Shown here: positions 1-12,885 of the stretch, piece after piece | Layout: each line of letters begins with the position of its first letter | How positions within the stretch are numbered: the stretch's first letter is position 1 | From: Octopus sinensis | Lineage: Eukaryota | DNA: 64,000 nucleotides | Direction of reading: 5' to 3' | NCBI RefSeq assembly: GCF_006345805.1 | Contig: NC_043005.1 | Span: 45,632,001-45,696,000, forward strand | Notes under the pieces: model-generated | Told to the model about the DNA's origin: nothing | The model's database searches: none | What the model saw: the letters and a program-made list of their open reading frames with translations, nothing else | Translations under genes and position numbers: made by a program

Positions 1-1229
1 GCCATAGCCACAAGGATGATGAAAATAGCTCTTCCTTCCCGTTTGAAGGAAGAAGGCATGACAATATTGACGATAGACTCAGCTGATTAACCGACTCGTC
101 CCACATGTGACAGCAGTTGTTCGACATAAGCCCACAGGTCAGAAATTGTTGGACACTGCACGAGTGCATGCAGAATGGTTTCGTTGCTCTGACCGCATCT
201 GAGGCAGGTCGGCCCCGTGTTTCTCAAGCCGTGTCTGTAGAGCTTATCCCAAATGGGTAGCGCTTCTCGGTAGCACTGCCAGGCCAGGAATCTCTGGAAG
301 TTGTCCATGGGCCCTGGCTCGAAAGTCGTCCCGAACAGCAGGTCAGGTATTCCTCGTCGACGTCCAGGTTCGCTCCAAGCTCGTTGTCGTACCTCCCCTC
401 CACTAATCCCCTATAGAATGCTTGGGTTATGTTGGAGTCACTCAAGGTCGACCCGGGATGGTAGAGTTGCTTGAGAGCAACGCGACACTTGCGGTGCCAT
501 TTGCCCTTCCTCGACCTCTTTTTGATCCACGACTGCGGTTCGGTCATGGAGACGAGTTGCGGGAAAGCATGCCTCATAAACGGCGACCACACCTGTTTAC
601 CGTCGTCTACGTAGAGCCTGAGGTGTTGCAGTCTCAGCGCATGTCTGCACATCATCAACCACGGCATGCCCAGCCCTCCTTTTAACGGGTGTTGACAGCA
701 AATGGATCGCCTGACCATCGGGACGCATCCTTTCCACAAGAAGCGAAAGAGAATGTGTTCTAGTTTGGTGACGGTAGGGTCGAGACAAGGCACGACGGTC
801 AGGCGGTAGTAGATGACGGAAGCGATGTACAAGTTCACCACCTCCGTCCGACCTTTTAGGGACAGTTTCCTCTCGGCCCATTGCTGGGCGAGAGTGATCA
901 CCCCTACTCATTATCTCGTTCCAGTTCTTCTCCATTTGGAGGTCCAGACCAAACCAGACCCCGAGCACCTCGACCGGACCGTCGGTCCAGCGTCCCACGA
1001 TGGAGGCGCTGGTGGACGGCATGGGCTTGCTTCTACAGGTGCCAAGTCGCAAGCCCACTGATTTTTCCTGGTTGATTTTCGCTCCTGTCACCGCTTCGTA
1101 GTTTTTCAGTGTCTCGCCGACCTGCGCAATGTGCTCGTGGCTAGACACTATGACAGTGACGTCGTCCGCGTATGCAGACACGCTCGTCCCGCATCCCAGT
1201 TCTCACGGGATGCCCCTCAGAGTTGCCAG
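1..1229 (-). mobile_element. Tx1/L1-clade LINE ORF2 fragment (RT C-terminal part plus zf-RVT), 5'-truncated and frameshifted; runs off the window start
   Basis: Overlapping minus ORFs 597..1181 (SAYADDVTV, GAKINQEKS, VLGVWFG), 224..901 (LSLKGR, FLWKG, GGLGMP) and 87..308 (CLRCGQSNETILHALVQC); CpG-rich relative to the rest of the window. Confidence 0.92.
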
Positions 1230-1232
1230 CAA

Positions 1233-1302
<70 letters not shown>

Positions 1303-1480
1303 GATATAGATAAGTAGTATGAATATAAGTATGTATGTATGTATGTAGGTAGGTAAGTAGGTAGGTAGGTAGGTAGGTAGGTAGGTAGGTAGGTAGGTAG
1401 GTAGAAAGGTGGGTTGACAGACTGGTAGATAGATAGATGGATTGATGGACGGATATATATAGATAAGCAGCAGACAGACT

Positions 1481-1559
<79 letters not shown>

Positions 1560-1736
1560 GGATGGATGGATGGATGGATGGATGGATGATGGATGGATGG
1601 ATGGATGATATAGATAAGTAGTATGTATATAAGTATGTATGTATGTATGTATGTATGTATGTATGTATGTAGGTAGGTAGGTAGGTAGATGGATTGATGG
1701 ACAGATATATATAGATAAGCAGCAAACAGACAGACT

Positions 1737-1811
<75 letters not shown>

Positions 1812-1859
1812 GATGGATGGATGGATGGATGGATGGATGGATGGATGGATGGATGGATG

Positions 1860-1952
<93 letters not shown>
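1230..1952. repeat. Compound tetranucleotide microsatellite (GATA)n/(GATG)n/(GTAT)n/(GTAG)n with an internal duplication
   Basis: Direct reading; block atgatatagataagtagtat...cagacagactgata occurs at about 1301 and about 1605. Confidence 0.97.
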
Positions 1953-1953
<1 letters not shown>

Positions 1954-2178
1954 CGTTAATGTAAACAAGAGGAGAAAAAGCTGTACTCAATACTAAAAGT
2001 ATTCTGATAAAATTTATTGTCAGCTGAAATTTTATGAATCATTTCTCAAGGTTTTTATTGCAAATTTTTAGATGATTTGAAGATCAGCAACAATAAATTC
2101 AGATTGAAATCACAAGCATGTAGTTGGTGATCCAAACATGTTGCTTTATAATTTTAAGCATTTTTTTTTAATCTTTAG

Positions 2179-2216
2179 TCTTCTAAAGTTAGAGCTAATG
2201 TTGAAAGATTTGGTAG
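2179..2216 (+). other. Candidate 38-nt micro-exon of an unidentified host gene
   Basis: Poly-T tract and tttag acceptor end at 2178; AG|gtgagt donor at 2217; two open frames (SSKVRANVERFG, LLKLELMLKDLV); lies in non-repetitive sequence. Confidence 0.3.
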
Positions 2217-2959
2217 GTGAGTACTGAGAGTTATGAGGTCAAAATTTCATTACAGTTTTTAGATTAAACTTGCCAAGGAAGTTTAAATTTAGGTGAAGAA
2301 AAAAAAAAATAGAAAAAAGAAATACCAATGGAAATATTCAGACATTAATGAAATGACAATAATTAGAAAAGTTTAAAACTGAAGATAAAAATATTCTTTA
2401 TTTAGTATCAATATAAAGAAGCATTCAGACACTTTCAAAAGTCAATTATTTGGGAAGATTGAATGAATATTCATAGTTATTTTGTAATGCCTTCAGGTGA
2501 ACTTGCCATAAATTGAATTTCCTCTTCAAAATTGCAAACTATATGAGTTAATTTGAACATGTAGTATAAACAGATGATACTAAATGTGTGGATGCTAAGT
2601 CATAATTCAGTAGCCACCACAGAAATAGATGGAAAAATACTAATACCATGGCTATTTCAAAGACAATGAATCATTATCTGCTTCATTTTATTTTCACATG
2701 AGTTTACATTTTAACAAAGAAAATGTCTTTAAAAAATATTTGGTTTCATTTGGTGCAATGTAAAAAACAACCATGCTGGAGTTTCTTGCACCATGATGGT
2801 TCATTTCAAGTTCTAAATTCTGATATCAAGGCTGATGTTCAATGCTTTGTGAACAGTGTGAAGGCTGTATGACACGATGTAGACAGCTGCAATGGAGACT
2901 ACAAAGCTGAGGCCAGCAAAAAGAGACACAGCAGATGTTCTGATTGCATCAATACACTG

Positions 2960-3205
2960 GAATTCATCAGGCTCAATTCAGATGGCTATGTGAAGCTGCT
3001 GGAGGTTATGGTCAAACCCTGGCTGAAGAGGGCTGCGGCTGGAGGGCCATATGTGAGGCAACAGGATTTAGTTCCTTGCCATATGTCAGAAAAGAGTCAG
3101 AAGTGATTGACAGAGAATTTCTATGACTTCACCAGCTTAAATTTCTGGCCTCCTAATTCTCCCAATTGTAATCCCATGTGGAGTGCAGTTGAGAAAGAAA
3201 ACCAA
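2960..3205 (+). mobile_element. Decayed Tc1/mariner-superfamily transposase fragment (resembles DD37D/maT type)
   Basis: Manual translation LNSDGYVKLLEVMVKPWL...YVRQQDLVPCH...FWPPNSPNCNPM..WSAVEK matches the QQDxAPxH and WPPxSPDLNP motifs; internal stop. Confidence 0.75.
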
Positions 3206-3440
3206 CTGCTCTGTTTCTTTCCTGCTTTTAATTTTGAGGGGAAGGGAAGTAATTAACATTGTTAGCCTCAGTACTAGACAGGTACCTTAATTCAGAAAGG
3301 ATAAACGGCAAATCAAATTTGGCTGCTTTTGAAATCTGAATAATAAATAGCAAATTACTGTTAAAGTTCTGAAATAAATCCATCTAACAAGTTTTCAAAA
3401 TAGATGAATATCAGATGATGTTTTTTTTCATTAATGTTTG

Positions 3441-3734
3441 TTCCTTCTCAAGCCATCCCTGGCTCATAGGGCCAGTTTCCCGGTTTCCTTGGCGTATAGG
3501 TTCTCCACTTGGATGGGACGCCAGTCCATCACAGGTGAGCTGCAAGATGCAGGAGGAAAGAGTGAGAGAAAGTTGTGGTGAAGGAGTCAGCAGAAGTTTG
3601 CCATTACCTTCTGCTGGGGCCGCATGGAGCTTAGATGTTTTCGCTCATAAACACACACATCGCCCAGTCTGAGATTTGAACCCGCAATCCCTTGAACGCA
3701 AGTCCGCTGCTTTAACCACTAGACCATGTGCCTC
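3441..3734 (-). mobile_element. tRNA-derived SINE (family E)
   Basis: Minus-strand head has A box tggtctagtggtt and B box gggttcaaatc; body shared with the copy at 33089-33462. Confidence 0.8.
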
Positions 3735-3742
3735 AACAAATG

Positions 3743-3993
3743 TTCTTTCTCGAGCCATGCAAGGCTCATAAAGGCCGGTTTCCCAGTTTCAGTGGCGTAG
3801 AGATTCCCCACCTGAATGTGGATGGGACGCGGGTCCGTTGCAGGATTACTCATTTTTACCAGCTGAGTGGACTGGAGCAACGTGAAATGAAGTGTTCTGC
3901 TCAAAAACACAACACATTGCCCGGCCCAGGAAACGAAACCACAACCTTACGATCATGAGTTCAACACCCTAACCACTAAGCCACACGTCTCCA
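3743..3993 (-). mobile_element. tRNA-derived SINE with CORE-like domain (family D, variant body)
   Basis: CORE-like block ccagctgagtggactggagcaacgtgaaatgaagtg recurs more than 10 times in the window; tRNA-like head ends near 3990. Confidence 0.8.
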
Positions 3994-4318
3994 CTCATTA
4001 ATATATAATGTTATTTATTTATCTGGGACTAATGATCAATATTTTTCCCCTTTAGCATGGAACTGATATGTCTCCAAATATTGTAGGTGGTTTACTTCAT
4101 AACCCATCAAAGATGGCTCACTCATATCATGTGCCTTGAGTAAAAGAAAAAAGGAAAACAAAAACTTTGTATCAGTAAACCAAGCTCCATTGATTTAGTT
4201 ATAGTTGATACCGTTTAAATGCAGTTTACAGTTGTAAGGAGTAGGAGCACTGAATTATTGATGAGGGTTTCATTAACCTGCAATGATGAACTAAAATATT
4301 TTCATTAATTTTTGGAAG

Positions 4319-4680
4319 GTGCAGGCATGACTGTGTGGTAAGAAACTTACTTCCCAACTATATGGTTCTGAGTTCAGTCCCACTGCATGGCACCTTGAGC
4401 AAGTGTCTTCTACTACAGCCTCATATTGACCAAAGCCTTGTGAGTGAATTTGGTAGACAAAAACTGAAATAATATGTGTGTGAGTGTGTCCCGACCATCA
4501 ACACTTGACAACCAATTTTGGTGTTTGTTCTCTCTTTGTAACTTAGCAGTTTGGCAAAAGAGACTGGTCAGTACCAGGCTTGAAAAAAAAAGCAGTACTG
4601 GAGTCAATTCATTTGACTAAAAACAATTCTTCCAGGCGATGTTCCAGCATGGTCACAATCTAATGACTGAAGCCAATCCT
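4319..4680 (+). mobile_element. tRNA-derived SINE family A
   Basis: Head gtgtggtaag...gagttcagtcccactgcatggcaccttgagcaagtgtc; about 20 full or partial copies in the window. Confidence 0.85.
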
Positions 4681-5094
4681 TTCTACCATAAGCACAAAGC
4701 AACAGGCCTACTATCATATTTAACAGAAACAACAAAAAAACAATTGCAGCCTGGAAGGTGTTTATAAGCCATTTAAGAAACACACAAAAAGCCGTTAGAT
4801 TCACTTCAACATTTAAACTTAATTTGTCAAAATATTTTCATCGCTTTGAGACCGCGACCTGTTCACTGACAGAATCCCCAGCACACAATCTCAGATTAGG
4901 TCACTTGCTATGCAAGTACATCTTCGTAAAAAAAAAAATCCCTGAGGTTAATTACTTAGAGTTATCATCCTCATCATCATTGTTGTCATTATAATTTTTA
5001 CTGCTGTTTTCCATGCTGGCATGGGTTGAACAGTTAGACAAGAGCTGGCAAGCTGGAGAACTGCATGGAGCCATTCTAGTAATTTGATAACACA

Positions 5095-5770
5095 CTAAAC
5101 TGTGAAACTCATTTTCAAGTCAGGTCAAATGTGGGGACATGAGCACTAGCATAGCTAGAGTGTGTACTCCTCAAGGTGGCCCTTTCATTTGCCACCCCCA
5201 GACCCCACAAAAAACACATTGCCTACAGCAGATCCTAAAGTAGTACCCTTTTAAAAGGGCCACCTAGGGCAGACCGCCCCTACTGCATCCCATTAGCTAT
5301 GCTAGTGGGCATGAGCCATTGCAGCATATTGCTGCATTCACTATTTGTCGATATTTTCCTGGATTCCCCTAGGTGACCATCAAGTAGAGTCCCAGTCAGT
5401 CCCCATCTCCACAATATATTTCTTCATCTGCCATGACCATGTGACATGTGGTCAACCAACATGAGCCATCAGCCCAGCCAGGTCCTCAGTGAAGATAACA
5501 CAGTAAGCAGGGACTGACTTGGAAAATTGAGCAACATGGCCAAACACTATGAAATGGTGCTCCCAAACCATACAAGTAACAGAACACATTCCAGTTCCTG
5601 AGAAAAGTTATTTGTTGGATACAAAATCTAACCAATGGTAATCCATAATTCTGTGAAGCATCCTTGTGCCAAAGGAGCTCAGGCAGCTCCTAAGGGCCCC
5701 AGACAGTGTCCAAGCTTCATAGCTATAGAGCAAGACAGGGAGGACCAGAGACATAAAGGAGCAAATCTTT
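5095..5770 (-). mobile_element. RTE-clade LINE 3' fragment
   Basis: ORF 5608..5835 includes LVLPVLLYSYEAWTL...LSSFGTRMLHRIM, an RTE C-terminal motif; interrupted by the MITE at 5144. Confidence 0.75.
5144..5307. mobile_element. 164-bp hAT-type MITE
   Basis: Perfect 14-bp TIR cactagcatagcta / tagctatgctagtg; 8-bp TSD gacatgag (5136-5143) / ggcatgag (5308-5315), 7 of 8 match. Confidence 0.85.
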
Positions 5771-6329
5771 AAATTTAATTTTATTTGAAGTATTAAAATT
5801 TTCCATTGCAGTGGAACTATGTCAGTGTTATGCAACGAACATTTTAACCACTGATGAAATAAATTTAAATTGAAAGTAAATTTAACAGTGTAGTAGTGTG
5901 TTATTGAATTACTGGAATGGCTTTTCCATGATGTAGTGCTACTGTTTCAACTCACAGTCACAGATCAAGTTGCTTGCAAGACAAGTGTAACTCTGAAATT
6001 AAAGATATAATTATAAATATTTCATTGCTGTCATTGTCGTCATCGTTGTCGTCATCACTGCCATTACTGTCACTGCTGCTACCACCATTGCTGCCACCAC
6101 TGTTGTTGCCACTGCCACTGCAGTTACCATCACCATCATCACAATCATCATTTTAATGTCCATTTTTCTATGCTTGCATGGATCACATGGAGTTTTTATG
6201 GAAGCAGATTTTCTATGGTTGAATTATCTTCCTCTTGCCAATCTTCACCTCTTTCAAAGCAAGGAAATATTCCCACAGCCAGACATGATCTCACAGAATA
6301 CTGGAAAGGAATAACTCTACTTTTATGAC

Positions 6330-6645
6330 AGTAACAATTATTTCACAACTATCAGGCAATGTCAAGATGCAGAGGTGCAAAACATATCCTCTGCCAGTGG
6401 CCCCTGGCTGGCTTCCATATTGGTAGCATGTAAAAAGCACCATCTGAATGTGGTCAATGCCAGTGCCCTCTGACGGGCTCCTGTGCCAGTGACGCATAAA
6501 AAACGCTATCCTAATGTGATTGATGCCAGGACCATCTGACTGGCTCCTGTGCCTGTGGTACATAAAAAGCACTCACTACATTCTCAGAGTGGTTGGCATT
6601 AGGAAGGGTATCCATCTATAGAAACATTGCCAGATCAGATATCGA
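6330..6645 (-). mobile_element. RTE-3'-tail repeat (family C) with internal tandem units
   Basis: ggttggcattaggaagggtatccatctatagaaac motif shared with RTE 3' ends at 26250 and 42440. Confidence 0.7.
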
Positions 6646-6959
6646 GTGGAAATAGGGGTTGCTTCAGTTCCACGAGCCACCACTGGTCATATATGACCTT
6701 AAGGCAATGATTTATGACAAGATGCCCCTGCTTATTTTGTTACTTTTTGCAACCTCTCATGACATGTAGAAATACAGTATACATATCAGCCCTTATCTCT
6801 TATCAACATGTAGTGTTAAAATAAAAAAGAATAATTTCACAGTGTTTTTAACACTGAGTCTATGAGAGATACTTGTTCAAGATAAATGCCACAGCTTAAA
6901 AAGCTTTCAATAGCATATTCATTTTAAGTATGTATCTATCTAGCTTGCTTGGACATTTT

Positions 6960-7310
6960 TTGTAACCCACACATGCCATTCATCTCAGTCCTGTATTAGT
7001 TGTGGGAATTCTTCAGGGAGGCATCTAGTGTCTCTGGTGAGTTGATTTATGTATGTTGTATTTGGACAACCTGTTTGAGTATGGCTATGCTTTCGTATCC
7101 ATAATAGTAGGTCACTTGACAACTTTTATTTAGCGTGCCAGAAATGTCCTGCATAGTGCAAGTACCTTTCTCTTATAATGGTGGAAACATACAGATCTCC
7201 ATGCAGCTGTTTCTTGGCAGGAGGAGTTCTTCAAGATTTGTTTAAGACTGCTCTTAACATTTGGGTGTAAGTTCCATATAGCTTGGATCCTTGTATGTAT
7301 ACAGATTGCT
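6960..7310 (-). mobile_element. Old RTE-like LINE 3' fragment
   Basis: Manual minus translation (frameshifts needed) MLRAVLNKS...RYLHYAGHFWH..VVSDLLLW...TYINQLTRDT. Confidence 0.7.
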
Positions 7311-8962
7311 TAGTAAACAAAAATGGGATACACATGGGAATATGCATAAAAAATCAGCATATTTATAGAATACATCATTAAAAACAATTACTCAGAGGCG
7401 CCTTATTAGTGTATCTTATATGGTGTGCAGTACTTTACTCTGCTGCTATTTACCAGGTCAACAAAACAGATTCTACTTTTACTTCGCATACAAATAATTA
7501 GCACTAGCTGGATACAGCTATATAAATAATTGGTTTGATAATTAATATCTCTTGAAAAATATAAAAATGGAGGAAAGACAGATTGGATAATGAAATCCTA
7601 GAAAATAAGACAGTTGGCTGGAATGCTTTGGACAATAAGTCTGTTTAATTGGAGCTGGAGATGACTTGAAGCTAAACATCAATAACAATAAGATGTAAAA
7701 TACACGCACACACAAAAAAAAATCAAAATCTTAGAATCATATAGAACAAAAGAAATCTCAGGAGTCAGTTATATTAAGGATGCATTCTCAAATCATTTGT
7801 AAAACACAGCAACTAAATCACCATCATTAATTAAACAACTTGACTTGATTTCATTTTATGGTGAATGACTCTAACTTTATTTGTGCTAAATTGATTTGGT
7901 AGAAGTTGGTATTGACAAACCAAGTTCTTATTTGTTCATATTCCTGAAACCTTTAATTAACAGGTTCTATCTTGCTGTAGACACTTAGCAATGGACATTT
8001 ATACAACATATTTGAATCAATACTTGACCAATAGGCTAGTTCCTCTCGTTCACATTTATCTCTTTGAAATTTCTGAATTCTGATTGATCTTGTGAATCAC
8101 ATGTTCAAGTTAAGAGAGTTGGAGTTTGAAAAGAAAAAAGGGTGATATCAGCTTGAAGCTGATGAAAGCCAATTCTATTAACATTTTGCCTCTGTAGTTG
8201 AGTTCTGTAAAAGGTTATCAGGAAAACCTCATTTATAAGTGTGAAGGTTTTAATTTATCAGTTTCAATAAAAGTAGAAAATAGAAAAATCTATCAGGCTT
8301 TATGATTAAGTTTGTTTGATGCGACTGTTGTGATGTATGATGACCATAACTATAAACCACAATAGTCTTGTTTGTTTAGAGTTAGTCTTTTTCTATAGCA
8401 GATATTTATATTCTTAAACTTGTTTAGGATTCTATGAAAATTTTATAGCCTTATCAATTTTAATAAAAATAGCAAACCGTATTAAATAAAACCAAACTGT
8501 TATAAAAGTGTATACTAAATAACACTTTTGTATATTTAATTTATGTGACTGAAATCAAATTGATTTTCTTGCTTTACTTTTCGTCCTCCTTGTTCCACCT
8601 TTTGCATCAACCATCTATGTGTGTTTTTTTCTTCTCATTCTTCCTCATGTTTTCTCGTAGACCAGTATTTGTTATTTAAATAAATCTAACATTATCAAGT
8701 GTGCCTGAAAGATTGCTTGGAGATACAGACATGTTATATAAACCTGCTAATTTAATGTAGCTTAAAGCATGGAACTATTAGTAGCTCTTTTGTAATTGCA
8801 TATATTAAATGATATTTATCTCTCACTGCACAGGGCATTTTTTTTGCTAATCCTACCTGTAATGGAACAGTAAACTATATATATATATATATATATATAA
8901 ATAAGTAAAGTTAATTGCCACATCAAAGAGGCTCTTCCATTTTACTACTCATTTAACCCAAG

Positions 8963-9010
8963 GCAGATCTTCCACCAGCTATCAGTGCAGCGCTGCAACC
9001 TAAATATTTT
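8963..9010 (+). other. Weak candidate 48-nt exon
   Basis: Pyrimidine-rich ...ttaacccaag acceptor; TTT|gtaagt donor at 9011; open frame ADLPPAISAALQPKYF; locally higher GC. Confidence 0.18.
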
Positions 9011-9514
9011 GTAAGTTCAAGCTACCATACTTGAGGTGATGAGTCAAAGATAACTTTTAATCAAATGTAATTATATCTGTAAGGAGAAAGAAAGTCATTA
9101 GTGTTAATAAACACTTAGTCTCAAAAGGAACAAGGGAGAGAACTCCTATGTCTCTAAGTTTTAATTTTTAATTGATTGATATTTTGAGAGCACTGGCAGT
9201 TTTCCTTTCTGAATATAAATATTTATTCTTAATGCTAAACACACCCTTATATACGCATACACAAGATTATTGACAAAAGAAAAAATTAATAGAAAATACA
9301 CCAACAAATACATAAACACAAACACATCATTACACCAACATGTTACTTACATGCATATCGTTTTATTGGTCTTTGTGCAGAAGGAATTATAATATAGGGT
9401 ATGAGACGTCTTGGCACATCTGTTCTGATGCTGCCTGCTTGGCATTGGTGATTCGACGCTGACTTACTTGACATTAGACCTTTTAATATTTCTCTCATTT
9501 TAATGTTCCTATTG

Positions 9515-9710
9515 TTCTTTCTCTCTCCCCTTTTCTATCTCTCTCACTGCATCTCTCTCTCCTCAACTCTCTCTCTCTATTTCTCTCTCAGTCTCTCTCT
9601 CCATCCATCTCTCTCCATCTCTCTTTTTCCATCTCTCTCCACTTCTTGCTCTCCGTCTCTGTCTCACCCCTCTCTCTCTCTCTTGCTATCTTTCTCTCTC
9701 TCTCTCTCTG
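9515..9710. repeat. Degenerate (CT)n microsatellite
   Basis: Direct reading. Confidence 0.95.
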
Positions 9711-9835
9711 TTTATGTGTGAGCATCTAGCTTTGTATGTGTAGTGTCGCTCTATTCCTCTACCTCTGCCTTTCCCTCTTCTTCCTCCTCCCTCTCTCTCT
9801 CTATCTGTATGTGTATATTTCTGAACACGTAAGCA

Positions 9836-9867
<32 letters not shown>

Positions 9868-10044
9868 CATACGTGTTTATGTTTGTGTTTGCGTGTATGC
9901 CACCAATGCCAAAAAGTACCATCATCAAAACAGACTGAATATCCAAACATCCACACTCAGTCACCTCATTCCGGAAACTCTCAAACAAAAGCAAAACATA
10001 AATATATCACAAACAATATGAACATTTGCCCAAGTGAACACACA

Positions 10045-10075
<31 letters not shown>

Positions 10076-10814
10076 TACAATGGTAATTTGAAAAAAAAAA
10101 AACACCTGCAAAATTCCTTATATTTTTCAAAGTAATTTCCAGTTTCATCAAGATTAACCCCTTTATCGTATTCATATTTAATTAAAATTTCTATTCATTC
10201 ACTGGCAAAATTTAATAACCAAAGTTACTGACATCTTTGTCATATTGTTTTTCAATTCTTTCAATTATAATGTCAGCAAGCATTCCAATAACATGTATTA
10301 TGATTTGAATCATTCTTGTACAGCCAAGAATTCCTTGCTTTTGAATTTTCAAGAATTATGATCTGCCATAAATGTTCATTAGGAGCTGTGGGTTTGGTGG
10401 GGGTGGCATTGTTGGAGAGTGTCCAAATCAAAACAATGTCTCAATTTCAATGATTTTGAAGAACCTTTTTGACTAATTTTGCAAAATGAGCAGAAAGATT
10501 ATCATAATGGAATACTGCCAGTTTCAGAATAACCATGCTTTTGTATAAAGGAATGAGGATGGTTTTGTAATATTTCTTCCATGTTCTTCTTGTTTAACCC
10601 CAGATGTAACTCTGATTGAGTAGAACTGTAATTAAATATGGCTGCAGTCAGAAGTTTGTTTCCCAACTTCATGGTTTTGGGTTCAGTCCCACTGTGTGGC
10701 ACCTTGGGCAAATGTCTTCTACTAAAAATTTGGGCTGGTCCTTGTGAGTGGATTTGATAATTGGAAACTGAAAGAAGCTCATCATGTGTGTGTGTATCTG
10801 TATATCTGTATGTA

Positions 10815-10845
<31 letters not shown>

Positions 10846-11040
10846 CATCATCATCATCATCATCATCATCATTGTCGTCCTTTAACGTCCGCTTTCCATG
10901 CTAGCATGGGTTGGATGACTTGACTGAGGACTGGCGAGCCAGATGGCTGCACCAGGCTCCAATCTGATCTGGCAGAGTTTCTACAACTGGATGCCCTTCC
11001 TAATGCCAACCACTCCAAGAGTGTAGTGGGTGCTTTTCTA
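10846..11040 (-). mobile_element. Family C RTE-tail repeat with (GAT)n tail
   Basis: (tca)n followed by tttaacgtccgctttccatgctagcatgggttgg...ggatgcccttcctaatgccaacc. Confidence 0.85.
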
Positions 11041-11907
11041 ATAACAAGGCTTTGGTTGACCCAAGACTATAGTAGAAGACACTTGTCCAAGGTGCCACAC
11101 AGTGAGACTGATCCCAGAACCATGTGGTTGGGAAGCAAACTTCTTACCACACAGATTCATAAGAATTAAGTACAGCAACTCATAGGATGCAAGAAATGGC
11201 TAGGTACAATGATACAAAGCTCACATTGAAATAAACAACATTGAATACATCAAGTGTTGGTAGGATGCCATAGATATTCCAGTACAAGTCCATTTTAAAC
11301 CATAGATCTGGCTTCAGGACGGGTCAGTCCTTGGTGTGGCATAGGTATGAAAAGTAAGCACAAATGGTGTTTAAAATTTATGACAGCTGTTTCAGTAGAG
11401 TTTTACTTATTTAATGCAATCATAAAATAATATATCATAATATGTAATCCACCATCATCAGGCAAAATTTGAAACAGGTAAGGTTTTAAATATTGACCTG
11501 GATACATACATACATACATACATACATACATACATACATACATGCATACATACATACATACATGCATACATGCATACATACATACACATATATATATATA
11601 CATATATATATATATCTTCACATGCACAAATTAATTCCCTCACAAAGACAGGCATTTCATAAAAATGATGTTCATATGCATGCATACATACATACAAACA
11701 TACATACATACATAAATATATACATTCACAGTCATGTATTTGAGAACCCAAATATATAGACAAATTAAAATATTAACTCATAAATATGCACACACACACA
11801 CATAAATAGATATATAAATATAATATAGATATACACATACATGCATAGATAAACACACAGAATCACACACACACACACACATAGACATACACACACATGC
11901 ACTCACA

Positions 11908-11956
<49 letters not shown>

Positions 11957-12519
11957 TGATTCATGGATATAATATAGATATTTCTCTGTTGGTTTCCATA
12001 ATGCCTCAATTTACAATGAGCGGCATTGTAGAGAGCTAACAATTCTGTGGCATTAGAAGCGCTAAAAAGATCAAAGAATTCCTGCCATTTGTTAATACGA
12101 CTGATCACGCTTTGGAAAGAAGGTTAAGATAGTGGAGGAAATTACAGAAATCAAATGTATGATAAATAACGAAAGAAACCAATTCCATACTGACAACTGT
12201 TTATGGCACTCTGCTGGAATAACAGTGGGATCAATAAAAGATATCAGGTGGATTCAATCACAGATTCCAATTGATATCATACAAAGACAGACAGATCCTT
12301 TCACTTGATTAGCCTCTGACTGGTCAAACTACAATGGCTAGAATATACATACACACAACCTCTTATACAGACACAGATACACAGACACATGTGGTGAGCA
12401 TAGAGATATGCACATATACACACAAGTACATACATATGCACACGCATACACATACTTGTGCTTGCATAAATGTATATTCTGTTTGTCTGTAGGCATTCAC
12501 ATTTACCATATTCACAGTT

Positions 12520-12885
12520 ACTATATAAATATTATACTGGTGCTGGTGCCATGTAAAAAACACTGGTGATGGTTCCGCATAAAGAGCACTGGTGTGGGTA
12601 CTGTGTAAAGAGCACTGGTAATGGTGCCACATTAAAAGCAATGGTAATGGTACCATGTAAAGAGTACTGGTGACCGTATCACATACGAAGCACTGGTGAT
12701 TGTGCCATATAAAAGGCACCCAGAACACCTGGTAAAGTGGTTGGTGCTAGGAAGAGCATCCAGCAGTAGAAACCATGCCAAAATAGACAAGGAACTTGGT
12801 GTGGATCCTGGCTTGCCTGCTCCATGTCAAACCATCTAACCCATCCCAGCATAGAAAACAGACATTAAATGATGCTGATGATAAT
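12520..12885 (+). mobile_element. Family C repeat with about 30-bp internal tandem units
   Basis: Repeated gtgccatgtaaaaagcactggtg-like units, then the family C tail and (gat)n. Confidence 0.75.

Noticed and set aside
1141-1990. 275-aa and 257-aa ORFs (IYLS/IHPS repeats)
   Set aside because: Translations of tetranucleotide microsatellites with no protein-like content
5852-5890. CTGATGA...GAAA motif
   Set aside because: Only 3 A-U pairs in stem II, no stem III/UH; expected by chance in AT-rich DNA
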